A DNA stretch of 64,000 bases, taken from the human T2T-CHM13v2.0 reference genome, Homo sapiens. The notes below the pieces were generated by a model, which searched no databases, had not been told where the DNA came from, and worked only from the letters and a program-made list of their open reading frames with translations. Of this stretch, positions 1-16,881 are shown in pieces. Location: NCBI RefSeq assembly GCF_009914755.1, contig NC_060926.1; one strand, 5' to 3'. Position numbers and translations under genes: made by a program. Numbering within the stretch: position 1 is the first letter of the stretch; each line of letters starts with the position of its first letter.

Positions 1-2050
1 CAAGAAAAGGATGCTGTCTCTCTCCACTCCTATTCAACACAGTGTTGGACGTTCTGGCCAACGCAATCAGGCAAGAGAAAGAAATAAAGCGTATTCAAAT
101 AGGAAGAGAGGAAGTCAAATTGTTTCTGTTTGCAGATGACATGATTGTATATTTAGAAAACCCCATCATCTCAGCCCAAAATCTCTGTAAGCTGATAAGC
201 AACTTCAGCAAAGTCTCAGGATACCAAATCAATGTGTAAAAATTACAACCATTCCCATACACCAATAATAGACAAACAGAGAGCCAAATCATGAATGAAC
301 TCCCATTCACAATTGCTACAAAGAGAGTAAAATACCTAGGAATACAACTTACAAGGGATGTGAAGGACTTCTTCAAGGAGAACTACAAACCACTGCTCAA
401 CAAAACAAAAGAGGACACAAACAAATGGAAAAACATTCCATGCTCATGGAGAGGAAGAATCAATATCATGAAAATGGCCATACCGCCCAAAGTAATTTAT
501 AGATTCAATGCTATCCCCATCAAGCTACCATTGACTTTCTTCACAGAATCAGAAAAAAACTACTTTAAATTTCATATGGAACCAAAAAAGAGGCTGTATA
601 GCCAAGACAATCCTAAGCAAAAAGAACAAACAAACTATAATAGAAGGCTACAGTAACCAAAACAGCATGGAACTGGTACCAAAACAGATATATAGACCAA
701 TGCAACAGAACAGAGGCCTCAGAAATAATGCCACATGTCTACAACCATCTGATCTTTGACAAACCTGACAAAAACAAACAATGGGGAAAGGATTCCCTAT
801 TTAATAAATGGTGGTGGGAAAACTGGCTAGCCATATGCAGAAAACTGAAACTGCACCCCTTCCTTACACCTTACACAAAAATTAACTCAAGATGGACTAA
901 AGACTTAAACGGAAGATCTAAAACCATAAAAACCCTAGAAGAAAATCTAGGCAATACCATTCAGGACATAGGCATGAGCAAAGACTTCATGACTAAAACA
1001 CCAAAAGCAATGGCAACAGAAGCCAAAATTGACAAATGGGATCTAATTAAACTAAAAAGCTTCTGCACAGCAAAAGAAACCATCATCAGAGTGGACAGGC
1101 AATCTACAGAATGGGAGAAAATTTTTGCAATCTATCCATCTGACAAAGGGCTAATATCCAGAATCTACAAGGAACTTAAACAAATTTACAAGAAAAAAAC
1201 AAACAACCCCATCAAAAAGTGGGTGAAGGATATGAACAGACACTTCTCAAAAGAAGACATTTATGTGGCCAACAAACAGATGAAAAAAACCTCATCATCA
1301 CCGGTCATTAGAGAAATGCAAATCAAAACCACAGTGAGATACCATGTCACGCCAGTTAGAATGGTGATCATTAAAAAGTCAGGAAACAACAGATGCTGGA
1401 GAGGATGTGGAGAAATAGGAATGCTTTTACACTGTTGTTAGGAATGTAAATTAGTTCAACCATTGTGGAAGACAGTGTGGCAATTCCTCAAGGATCTAGA
1501 ACGAGAAATACCATTAGACCCAGCAATCCCATTACTAGTTATATATCCAAAGGATTATAAATCATTCTACTATAAAGACACATGCACATGTATGTTTATT
1601 GCAGCACTATTCACAATAGCAAAGACTTGGAACCAACCCGAATGCCCATCAATGATAAACTGGATAAAGAAAATGTGGCACATATATACCATGGAATACT
1701 ATGCAGCCATAAAAAAGGATGAGTTCATGTCCCTTGCAGGGACGTGGATGAAGCTGGAAACCATCATTCTCAGGAAACTAACACAGGAACAGAAAACCAA
1801 ACACCGCATGTTTTCACTCATAAGTGGGAGTTGAACAATGAGAACTCATGGATACAGGGAGTGGAACATCACACACCAGGGCCTGTTGGGGGTTGGGGGG
1901 AGATAGGGGAGGGATAGCATTAGGAGAAATACCTAATGTAGATGACGGGTTGATGGGTGCAGCAAACCGCCATGGCATATGTATACCTATGTAACAAACC
2001 TGCACGTTTTGCACATGTATCCCAGAACGTAAAGTATAATAATAAAAAAA
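1..2050 (+). mobile_element. L1PA (L1PA7/8-like) 3' part: degraded ORF2 RT and C-terminal domain, 3'UTR, poly(A)
   Basis: ORF fragments with [11 protein letters not shown] motif and Cys-rich C-terminus, G-rich 3'UTR, A tail near 2036-2050, multiple stops and frameshifts. Confidence 0.95.
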
Positions 2051-3148
2051 ATAGATACATAGATCAATGAAATAGGATAGAGAACTCAGAAACAAAGCCA
2101 CATATTTACAGCCAACTGATCTTTGACAAAGGTACTAGGAACATTCATTTGAGAAAGGACACCCTTTTCAATAAATGGTGCTGGAAAAATTAGATAGTTG
2201 TACACAGAAAAGTGAAACTGGATCCCTGTTCTCACCATATATTAATACAAAAGTCATCTCAGATGGATTAAAGACTTAAACATTAGATATAAAAACTATA
2301 AAAATACTATAAGAAAACCTAGGAAAAACTCTTCTGGACATTGGTCTAGGCAAAGAATTTACGACTATGACCACAAAAACACAGGAAACAAAAACAAAAT
2401 CAACAAATGGGACTTAAACTAAAAAGTGGTTGCACATCAAAAGAAACAATCAACAGAGTGAAGAGACAACCTGTTGAATAGGATAAAATATTTGCAAACT
2501 ATTCATCTGACAGGGACTAACATCCAGAATATAGAAGGAACTCAAACAACTCCACAAAACTCCCAAATAATCCCATTAAAATGTGGGCGAAGGAAACAAA
2601 TGGACATTTTGCAAAAGAAGACATAAAAATGACCGATATATTCAACTCTGCTCAATATCACTAATCATCAGAGAAATGCTAATCAAAACCACAATGAGTT
2701 GTTATTTTATCCTAATCAGAATGGCTACTATTAAAAAGACAAAAAAAAATAACATGTCGGTAAGGATGCAGAGAAAAGGGAACTCTTACACACTGTTGGT
2801 GGGAATGTAAATTAATACAGCCTATATAGAAAACAGTATAGAGATTTTTCAAAGAACTAAAAATATAGCTATCATTCAATGCAGCAATCCCACCACTAGG
2901 CCTCTACTCAAAGAAAAAGAAATCTATATATCAAAATGTTACCTGCACTTGTATGCTTATTGCAGCACTATCCACAATAGCAAAGACACGAATCAACCTG
3001 TGTCCATAAATGTACAAACGTTAAAGAAAAGTTGGTATATATACACAATGGGATGCTATTTAGCCTTAAAAGAGAATGAAATCATGTCTTTTGCAGCAAC
3101 ATGGAGGGAACTGCAGGTCATTATCCTAAATGAAACAAGCCAGGCACA
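2051..3148 (+). mobile_element. Older L1 (L1MA/L1PB-like) ORF2 3' fragment, probably the host of the L1PA insertion
   Basis: More diverged copy of the same ORF2 C-terminal region begins directly after the L1PA tail. Confidence 0.85.
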
Positions 3149-3465
3149 TTTGTGTCTTCCAAGGAATTTGTTCATTTCACTTTAGTTACCATATTTATTG
3201 GCATAAGTGTATTCATATTTTCTTACTATCATTTGAATGTCTGTAGGATCTCTAATGATATTCCTTCTTGCATTCCTGATACTGATCATTTGTGTCTTAC
3301 TTTTTTCTTGATAGTCGTGAACTATCAATTTCATACATTTTTTTAAATGTTATACATTTTATTGAGCTTTTTAAAGCAGCATTTTCATTTTGTTTGTTCA
3401 TTTTATTTTACTGATTTCTGCTCTTATATTTATTTCCTTTATTTTTTATTTTGGATTTAATTTGC

Positions 3466-3570
3466 TTTTCACCATGTTGGCCAGGCTGGTCTTGAATTCC
3501 TGACAAGTGATCTGCCTGCCTCAGCCTCCCAAAGTACTAGGATTACAAGTGTGAGCCAGCACGCCTGGCC
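3466..3570 (-). mobile_element. Alu left-arm fragment
   Basis: caccatgttggccaggctggtc...cccaaagtactaggattaca...cctggcc. Confidence 0.9.
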
Positions 3571-3653
3571 TGTGCACAATATTTTCTACTCTCTCTTGTG
3601 ATTTCTTCTTTGATTTATTGGTTACTTGGTTGTTCAATTCAAATTTTGGTAAT

Positions 3654-4059
3654 TGTGTTAGTCATTTGTGTTGCTATAAAGGAATACCTGAAGCTGGGTA
3701 ATTTATAAAGGAAAGAGGTTTATATGGCTCACGGTTTTGCAGGCTGCACAAAAGGCATGACAGCAACATCTGCTTCTGTTGAGGGCCTTAGGAAGCTTAC
3801 AATCATGATGGAAGGCAAAGGAGGAGAAGTAGTGTCACATGGCAAGAGAGTGAGCAAGAGAGGAGGAGGTGCCAGGCTCTTTTTTAAGAATCAGAACTCA
3901 CATGAATTAACAGAGCAAGAACTGACTCGTTACTGCAGGGAGGGCACCAAGGCATTCATGAAGGATCTGTTTCCATGACCCAAAACCAACCACTAGTCAC
4001 CACCTCCCATTACATTTTGACATAAGATTTGCAGGGGACAAATATCCAAACTATTATCA
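3654..4059 (-). mobile_element. MaLR solo LTR (MST-like)
   Basis: TG...CA termini, typical MST sequence, perfect 5-bp TSD GTAAT (3649-3653 and 4060-4064). Confidence 0.9.
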
Positions 4060-5477
4060 GTAATATTCTAATTTTCTTTTTGTTTTGGATTTAACTCTAT
4101 GGGTGGTCAAGGAACATAAGCTGTATCATTTCAATTATTTTGAATCTATTAAGACTTCTTTTACAGCCCAGAATGTTGTCTCTTTTGGTGAATGTTCCAT
4201 GTGTACTTGAAAAGACTGTGTGTTCTACAATTGATGATTGGAGAGTTCTGTAATGGCAATTGGGTTAAGTTTGTTGATAAAGTTGTTTAAATTCTGTAAG
4301 TCTCTTTGATCTCACAATTACCAAGAGAAGAATATTGAAAAGTCCAATTATAACTATAGATTTGTTACTCCTCTTTTTAATTCTTTAAATCTCTGTTATT
4401 AGGTCTATCCACATTTATGATATTTTTATGTCTTCTGATGAACTGACCCTTTGTGAAAAGTCCTTCTTTATCTCTGGATATACTCCTTGCCCTAAATCCA
4501 CTGTTTAATATTAATAATATGGTACCAGTTTTGTTCTGAATAAAACCTAGATGATATATCTTTTTCTATGCTTTTACTTTTATCTGATCTGTATCTTTAT
4601 ATTTAAAGTGAGTTTCTTACAGGCAGCATAAAATTGAGTCTTGCTTTTTTTAATTGGAACATTTAAACCATTTAGATTTAGATCATTTACCTTTAATGTA
4701 ATTATTGATTTAAAAATTACCATTTTGCTATTTTTTTCTATTTGTTTTATTTGGGTTTCATTCTTTTTTCCCTCTTTTTCTTCTCTCTTTTGGATAATGT
4801 TTTGGAGTTTCATTTTAGTTCTGCTATTGGCTTTTAAGCTATATTTCTGGGAGGCTGGGTTTTTTGTGTTTTTTAGTGGTTAGCGTATATAACATGCATT
4901 TTTAACTTATGATAGAGTATTTTCAAATCATATTAATCCCTTCATGTATATGTACATACGCAAGAGTTTATTTCCATTTTTCTCCTGTTGTTGTGTCATA
5001 TATTTTATCTCTATACATGTTATATACTCAATTATACATTGTGGTATTCTGCTTTAGTCAACCACCTGTAAAGAAATTTTTAAATGACAAAGTCTTTTAT
5101 ATTAACCAATATATTTTATTTACCTTTTCCAGTGCTCTTCATTCCTTTGTATATCCAAGTTTCCACTGGGTCTCATTTCCTTTGGCCTGAAGAACCTCTT
5201 TAAAGCTTTTTGTAATGTAAGCTGCTGCTAATTAATTCTTTCAGCTTTGTTTTATCCGAAAAAAGCCCTATTTTAACTTCATTTGTGAAGGACATTTTCA
5301 CTGGGTATAGAATTCTAGGTTGACATGGTTTTTCATCCACCACTTTAAAAATGTCATTCCAATGACTTCTGGCTTGCACGGTTTCTAAACCATGCTTCTT
5401 CTAAAAAGAAGCCTTCATTAATTCTAATCTTTGTTCCCCTGAACATAATGTTTTGGTTTGTTTTTTCTTTAGCCACT

Positions 5478-5783
5478 TTTTTTGTGTGTGTGTGACAGAG
5501 TTTCACTCTTGTTACCCAGGCTGGAGTGCAATGGCACGATCTCACCACATCCTGGTTCACCACAACCTCCACTTCCCAGGTTAAAGCGATTCTCCTGACT
5601 CAGCCTCCTGAGTAGCTGGGATTACAGGCATGCACCACCATGCCCAGCTAATTTTGTATTTTTAGCAGAGATGGGGTTTCTCCATGTTGGTCAGGCTAGC
5701 CTTGAACTCCCAGCCTCAGGTGATCTGCCTGCCTTGGCCTCCCAAAGTGCTGGGATTACAGGCGTAAGCCACAGCGCCCAGCC
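5478..5783 (-). mobile_element. AluS, full length
   Basis: Dimeric Alu with TSD tagccactttt on both sides. Confidence 0.95.
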
Positions 5784-7315
5784 TCTAGCCACTTTTAATA
5801 TGCTCTCTTATCACTGAATTTTAGCAATTTGCTTATGACACATGTTGGTGTGTGGTTTTATTACTGTTTATTGGGTTTTGTGTTCATTTGATTTCTTAGG
5901 GTTTTTTGAGCTTCTTAGATATGTATGTATATAGCATTCATATATTTGTAAAATTTTTAGTCATTATTCCTTAAAATAATTTTCTTTCTCCTGCTTGCAT
6001 TCTGGGACATCAATGATAGGTATGTTAGACTACTTGTTTCAAAATCACTGAGGCTCTCTTCATGGTCTCCAGTATTTTTTTCCTCTCTGGACTTCATCTC
6101 ATGTTATTTTATTGTTATGTCTTCAAGTCTGCTGACTTTTATTTTTACTGTCTAATCTGCTGCTATCCTAGCCTGTACATTTTTCATTTTATATATTGTA
6201 GTTTTCATCTTTAGAAGTTTCATTTTGTTCTTTCCTCTCTCATTAGGTTCACCTTTTCTTTTAAATTCACAAACAAATCAGACATATTTAGAATAGCTGA
6301 TTTAGCATCCGTGCCTCATAATTCCATCATCTCTGCCATTTCGTGGTCTATATAGATTTCTGATTTTTTCTTGGTAATGGATCATATTATCCTGTTCCTT
6401 GGGTAACAGATCACATTTTCCTGTTTCTTTGTATGTGTAATTTTTTACTTTATGCTAGACTTTGTAAATTTTACATTGCTGAGTGTGAGATCTTTAAAGA
6501 ATTTTGAACTCTGACTTGAAGAATATTTATTTGTGAAACAGTTTGCTAATTAGAATGCTTGTTTTTATTCTTTAGAGTAATCCCACAAGACCCTTTATTC
6601 TATGGTTAATTTAGCCCTGCTACTAGGGTTTAACCCTTTTGGAATGTCTATGGAATGTTTCATGTATTCAATGAAGATTCTTCATTCTGGTTGTTGTGAA
6701 CAAAGCTTAGGGAATTATTGGGCTTATAGCTGCCCTATGATCATTTATTCCTTAGCAGTTTTTATTGTCTAGTCTCTTGGGGTTTTAGCCTAAACATGTG
6801 TAAATTGTTATTTACCCAAAGGTTCAAGCGCATCCCTATAAACATTTCTGGTGCCCTTTCTCTGCATAGCTCCTTCTTCACCATTATTGTTGCCTCACAA
6901 ATTCTGGCTGCCTTGGTTTCTCCAATCTCCTCAACTCAGCAATATTGTGAACATATTTTGATTTCTCCATTTCTATATTATAGAAATATATATTATAGAA
7001 ATATGGTGCATGTGGGCTTACCTGATTTGTAAGGCTTACCTCATTTGACGTTCTGCTTTCTACAGCAGGAAGTGGGTACGATTATAAGGCTGACTTCATT
7101 TGTTTTCCTTCCTTAGAGCATCACAGTCCTGTCTGATGTTTAAAACTGACTTTTCATATATTTCGTCCAGTTTTCTATTTATGGCAAAAGGCTAATTTTG
7201 AACTTTATTATTAAATACTTTCTCAGAGTCAGAAGCAGAAATCTACTGTGTTTTAGGTGAATTTTATTAACACTTGAAAACAAGTCTAATTTGACAAAAC
7301 TGACTAATTTTAAGG

Positions 7316-8149
<834 letters not shown>

Positions 8150-9665
8150 AATGGTGTTTACAGTCTTAAAAATACCATTGGCAATAAACTTTGTAAAGCA
8201 TAAAATTAATTTTCATTTTGTATTTTTGTGAATTAGATGTGAAAGTGAATTTAAAATTCCCATTTATATATTTATATGTTGGTCAGTTATTTATCTTAAT
8301 ATACGTTATAGCAAATATATAGACAGATAGGTAGAGATATAAAGAGAGTCATTATAGTTTATCTCCTGTATGGTAGCTACAGATTTTACTATAAAGCTAT
8401 GTGCTTATATAGATGAACATCTTCATTTCTAAGATGTGGGATCTTTCTGGTTTTTATTTGGTTATAATTCTCCTTTTTGATACTAACATCTAATGTTTTA
8501 ACCTAGGTCCAATCTAGGGACAATATTCACAACTGGGAATATGGTCTGAGAATGATGTTACTTGGAGGCCATATTAAGTTTTCGTAATAGTTGGTAAAAG
8601 CTAATAAGGCTGAGGTCTTGTTGAGTATTAAAACAAGGGAAGAATATTTGACTTTATGTTTTGCAATATTACAGATTGCAATAGTGTGCAAAGTAAATAA
8701 GTGTTCATATGTGAGGCAAAACTGGCAGAGACTCTCAGTCAAAAGTCAGAATGCTTGCTTCCTTCTCTGATTTCTCTCATCTCCTTCTCGTTTTGCAACT
8801 TCTTTGAGCTTGCTCCCCTGTGGCTGGCTGTGTTTTCTTCCCAAGCCAATTGTACATTTCTGAAAATATAGACAGCACAACTTTTATTTCTTCTTACCTG
8901 TTGTTCCTCAGGAAAAGTTACTTATGACCATGACTAGTGCATAACAGGTGTTGCAGAAACAGAATCAGCAAATGCTTCTCATTCTCCTGAAGATGGTGTC
9001 ATCCTCCAAAACAATCTTAACATATTTCATATGAATGTATGATATTTTCAAAATCATCCTTTTGAAAAATTATTCTTTCAAACCTTGTGTACTGTTATGG
9101 GCTTGTAGTAAACATTAATCATGATTACGGGTGTGATTGCAGGCGAAAGGAGTTTCTAGAAAACATTTCCACAAAGCAGCAGATGCCCCAAGAAGCAACT
9201 CAACAAAGACATTCCCTCTAACTAGAAAACAGATAAAGTTACCACCAAAAGTTGCCACCCTGCCATTTTGACACCACAATGACAAAGTATCACACTTTCT
9301 TAGCTATATCCTATGAACAGCCACTTTAATGAAAGAATGCCCTGTTTGGGCAGTGTGGAGATTTTCTAGATTTTCCCCATCATTCCAGAGCTGTTCTCAT
9401 TGGTCTCCATCTTTCTCTACCTCATTCTCTCTCCTTTTGAAATCTTTGCCTGTAAGTTGACTCATCTGAATGCATCCCATTTACTGGCTTCATGACTGCT
9501 TCATCTGATCTGGTCTGTTACTGGATATCATCATAAACTACTATTTTTGAGTGCTCAATTTGTCTGTGTGTCTTTATATAACAAATCATCTAAAAAACAG
9601 AACTGTGATTTACCTTTCTTACAAAGTAAAACATGTGGAATTCATATAAAAAATTTGGACCTCGG

Positions 9666-10041
<376 letters not shown>

Positions 10042-10639
10042 TTACATAATAATCCAGATTCCTGACTTATCTTGAACAACTAGAAAATTTGGCAACATGG
10101 GGTCATCATTTTTGCATGGCAGCAATTAGCTGGAAGTGAACAGCAGCTACCTCCATTAATTAGACATATACTCTCCAGTGTGTCTTAGGCCCCACCACTC
10201 CCTCTTGTCTTACCCTTAGCCTACCTGATTCATTTAAATGTAAGAGCGCTGAACCAGACAAAGCTGCCAAGTAACGCTGGTACTATAGGAAGGTCCAGCA
10301 GCATTTATGACACCTTCATTCAGTATCTACTATGAAGGGAGAAAAAAAATAATATTTATTAGGTATCAAGTACATCCCAAATGATTCTTGCTATCAAGTG
10401 ACTCACATTCTAGAAGAAGAACCAAGGTGTAATAAAGACAAACAACCCAGATGTAATAAAATATACACCAGGACCTAGCTAAGGTACAGTTTCTTGTTTG
10501 CAACTAGTGTTCTTCTAGGCAGACACTGAGTGCTTCCAGAACAAGAAATATACATTTAGACATGGAAATCTGCATGTCCCCAAACTCCAACAACCAGAGG
10601 AGACTGTCGCTGCAAGGCAGGAATGAGGATTATCTAAAT

Positions 10640-10790
10640 TCTGTATACCTCAACTTCCTCATCTGCAAATGGAGATAGTCTCTCATCGGGTTGTTGTGAG
10701 AATTAAATGAGTTGAGGTATTGGATGAATTAATGGTAAGCCCTTAGAGACTGCTGGCATATATCAAATGGCTTATTAATATTAGTCATTA
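10640..10790 (+). mobile_element. MIR fragment
   Basis: MIR core cctcaacttcctcatctgcaaatgg...gttgtgagaattaaatgag. Confidence 0.7.
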
Positions 10791-11450
10791 AATCACAATG
10801 ATCATACTATAGTAACCTTTAAGACAGGGCTCTAAGGTAAGAACTTGATTATGGTGGTGGTGAGGTGAGGGAATGTGAGGACAAGAGATGAAGGCAGACT
10901 TGGTGACAGGGAACATGCGCAGAGTTCAGTGACTGTACCCAGGCAAAAGAGGCTGTACATACCTTGCCAAAGCAATAAAGAGCCCCTGGCTCAGGACTCC
11001 TGATACACGGAGAGTATCCTTTGCATTTTTGCATGGCTGTCTCCTTTGAAAGCAGCAAGGATACCTCTTGTTTTTTGTCTCCTGTACCTCCTACAGGCTT
11101 GGCTCTTAGTAGATCATCATAGACGATTATAGAAAAATGAAGTATGTGAACGAATGAGGACAGTTCAATCTGCACTGACACCTTAGCCTTGGGAGTGGCC
11201 AGGCTGAGCCTAGAATGAGGGTAAATGAGCACCAGCTAGAGGAGTCAACAGCCTATGGGGGAATGATATATGGTAGCTATTTATTCAGTTCCTAAATACT
11301 TCAACTTTGGGGCAATTATATCAATTGGGGATGCGTATGTCATCCAGCCAATAGCAAAATCAGTTTCTTTTTCTTTTTACATATATTACATCACTTTCTT
11401 GCATGATACAAGGTGTTTCTCAGGTTACCAGTCTTTCCTTCCCAAATTAG

Positions 11451-11781
<331 letters not shown>

Positions 11782-12554
11782 AGAGAGCCCCATTATTTTA
11801 AAGCGAATAATTTTACCCTGTGGGAAGAAAGAAAGAAACTATTTACAGAAATAAAGAGAGTAGTAACTTTTGTCTCCTTTTCTCTGTTCTTCTTGACTCA
11901 TCCTTGAATGACAGAGAGGAGAGGAGGGGCCATGATGTGGCCAAGGGAGACAGATCAAGAGGCGAGAGTGAGTCCTTTCAGACAAATCTGCCTGCCTGGG
12001 AACCTGGCCCACTGCTGTTAAATGGCCATTTTTCTCAGGAAAAATGCTTTTGCCCAACATTTTTGCAACTCTTGTCCAATACATGCTGCCCTATGGCATG
12101 GACTCCTCTCCTCTTTATTGATGGTGCCAACTTCCCCCTGTGGAGCCAATAGCCTGTTGACCAGACAAGGCACCAGGAACTAAGAAATCTCAAAGGCTAG
12201 GGACATGGTCCCTGGGCAGTCCCTTAGCTTATTTGCCTTGAAAACTACATGCACAATAGAATTAGTTACTGTTAGTAGTGCTGAACTTTCTCGTATCTCC
12301 CAAACTCCCTCTGCTATGAGCTGGGAGGGGATTTGGAGAGAATTTTTCTAACCAAAAAACTTTCCAAGAAGATGTTTTCTATTCCCTATATTCTCTTCAG
12401 CTTAAGTAACTCCTGTCTTCTTCAATCATCTGCCTGATTAGGGCCAACCTGGGTGCAGGTAAGATTGACAGCTGCCTGATTACAAGGATTCAAGGGCACT
12501 TAAAATGTCTCCTAAGACTCCTTCCCCCACTTACTCAAACTATGATTCTAAAGC

Positions 12555-12753
12555 ACTGGTTCTCAAACTTTAGCATTTAACAGATTTATCCAGAGGGTTT
12601 GTTAATAGACATATTGTTGGCTCTACATTATGCCTCCTCACCCTGAGTTTCCAATTCTGTAGGTCTGAATTGTGACCTAATAATTTGCATTTTTATTAAA
12701 TTCCCAGGTGATACTGATACCATTGACTAGCAACCACATGTTGGGAACCACTG
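12555..12753. mobile_element. MER5-like hAT MITE
   Basis: Terminal inverted repeats cactggttctcaaac / gttgggaaccactg. Confidence 0.7.
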
Positions 12754-12907
12754 CCCTAAGGTGTCGACTCAAAATCTGAAAAAGTAATCACTTAGTATCA
12801 CTCAAAACAATATAAAGATTTCAAATGGGACTTTCTGGAGGCAAAGGCCTGTAATTGTATGCACAGTATTCACCTGGGCACTAATCAGTATGTGTGTGAA
12901 GAAATTA

Positions 12908-14560
<1,653 letters not shown>

Positions 14561-15654
14561 CTTACCATCCAGCCTCTCTGGGTAACTAGGAATTATCTGG
14601 ATGAGTTCTTTTTTCTCAACTTCTCACACCGTCTCAGAAAAAAAGAAGAAGAAGAACAAAGGCCTGGAAGACTGATAGGTAGCATAAAACCCACATGCCC
14701 TTGTCTTTTCAATAAAACAGAAAAAATTTCAACATGGAGTCTTAACTTTATAAATAAGGGTTGTGTTTTAATAAGACATGAGTCACTATGCAGTCAGCTT
14801 TTACATTTAAACTGACTTTTAAGAAGCTGCCCACTTTCCGGAGGGTTTCAGGTATGCCTTGTTACTCTTCCCAGAAAATTATATTTTCCTCTTGCTCAGG
14901 TTCTTATTTTAGGGTTATCAAATCATCCTTTGTCATTCATTTTCCAAAAATCTTATGTCTGTATTATCCACATCCAAATCTATTTTATAAACAAAAATTT
15001 TTAGCCTCTTGTTAACCAACTGTAGAAAATCTAGAATTATTAAATGCATGGTTTTCTCATAGAAAAACAAAACAAAAACCAAAAACTATTCACGAGGATT
15101 CCTGAGGATTTCTTTGGGTCCCCTCCAACCCCCAGAAATAGCCAGAATCACATTATAGAAATAATCCTTGCCTTCTGGATGCAGGAAATTGCCTCTTTCG
15201 GTCTGACCTCTGTTATCATAGCTCCCTTCAAACTTTCCCACTCTATCCTGAGTTCTACAAATTACAAAATGACAAATGTAAAGGAACCATTGTTTGATAG
15301 AGAGGAAAGTACATTTTTTAAGCACTCAGGCTTTGGACTCAAACTGACCCAGGTAGTGAAGGCTCAGCTCAGCCATTTAGTAAAAGTATAATCTTCAGTA
15401 AGTTTCTAACCTCTCTGAATTTGTTCTTTCCTATGTAACAGAGGACAGATGGGAATTCATGAGAATCAAATTAGAAAGCCTAAAGTGCACTCACAGTTCC
15501 TACCATATGGTAAGTACCCAATAAATGGCCACTATTACCATATTCCTGCTCAAACAATGTCCAAACTCCTAACCCTAGCATATCTTTCTCTCTTTTGAAC
15601 CAAGACAAAGCCATACTTGATCATATCTGACAAATCACAACTTAAATTTTTTTA

Positions 15655-16072
<418 letters not shown>

Positions 16073-16081
16073 GTCTTGGGT

Positions 16082-16881
16082 CAGCATTATTTACAATAGC
16101 CCAAATGAGGAAACAATGCAAAAATCTATCCACAGAATGACTACACAAAATATGGTATCCACATACAATGGAATATTGTTCAGCCACAAAAAGAAAGAAA
16201 ACTCTGACATATGCTATAGCATGGATGAACTTATGTTAACACCATGCTAACCGAAATAAGCCAGTCACAAAAAGACGCTGTATGATTCCACTTACGTGAG
16301 ATACCTATAGTAGTCAAATTCATAAAAACAGTAAAAGTAGAATGGTGGTTGCCAGGGACTAGGGGGTAGAAGGAAATGAAGAATTGTTGTTTAATGAGTA
16401 TCCAGTTTCAGTTTTTCAAGATAAAAGGAGTTCTGGATATTGGTTTCATAACAATGTGAATGTATTTAACACTACTGAACTGTACAATTAAAAATGATTA
16501 AGATAGCAACTTTTATGTTACACATATTTTACCACAATTTTTAAAAAAGGAATATATCCATGACCTAGATGAACCTTAAAACATTATTAGATGAAATAAG
16601 CCAGACACAAAAGGGCAAATACTGTATAATTCCACTTACATGAGGTAGCTAGTATAGTCAAATTCATAGAAACAAAGTAGAATAGTGGTTCCAGGGGTAA
16701 GAGGAGGGGGAATGGTGAATTATTTTTTAATGAGTAGTTTCTCTTTGGAATACAAACATTCTGGAAATAATAGCAGTGGTTACACAACATAGAGAATGTA
16801 CTTACTGCCACTGAAATATACACTTACAAAGAGTTAAAATGGTATATATTATGATTTACATATTTTACCAACATAAAAAAA
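16082..16881 (+). mobile_element. Two adjacent L1MB-type 3' ends
   Basis: gaaataagccag...gattccactta...gaatggtggttgccaggg...ttttaccaca motif set occurs twice (~16082-16548 and ~16560-16881). Confidence 0.8.

Larger units (their letters stand above)
3150..7200 (-). mobile_element. Ancient antisense L1M relic interrupted by Alu and LTR insertions (boundaries approximate)
   Basis: T-rich plus strand. Minus-strand ORF 4580-4813 resembles the L1 ORF2 N-terminus (ITLKVNDLNLNGLNVPIK). Confidence 0.7.

Noticed and set aside
42-1834. Run of RT-like ORFs suggesting an active reverse transcriptase system
   Set aside because: Fragmented L1 ORF2 with stops and frameshifts, so a dead retrotransposon.
1888-1913. 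G-quadruplex-like G-rich tract
   Set aside because: Standard feature of the L1PA 3'UTR.
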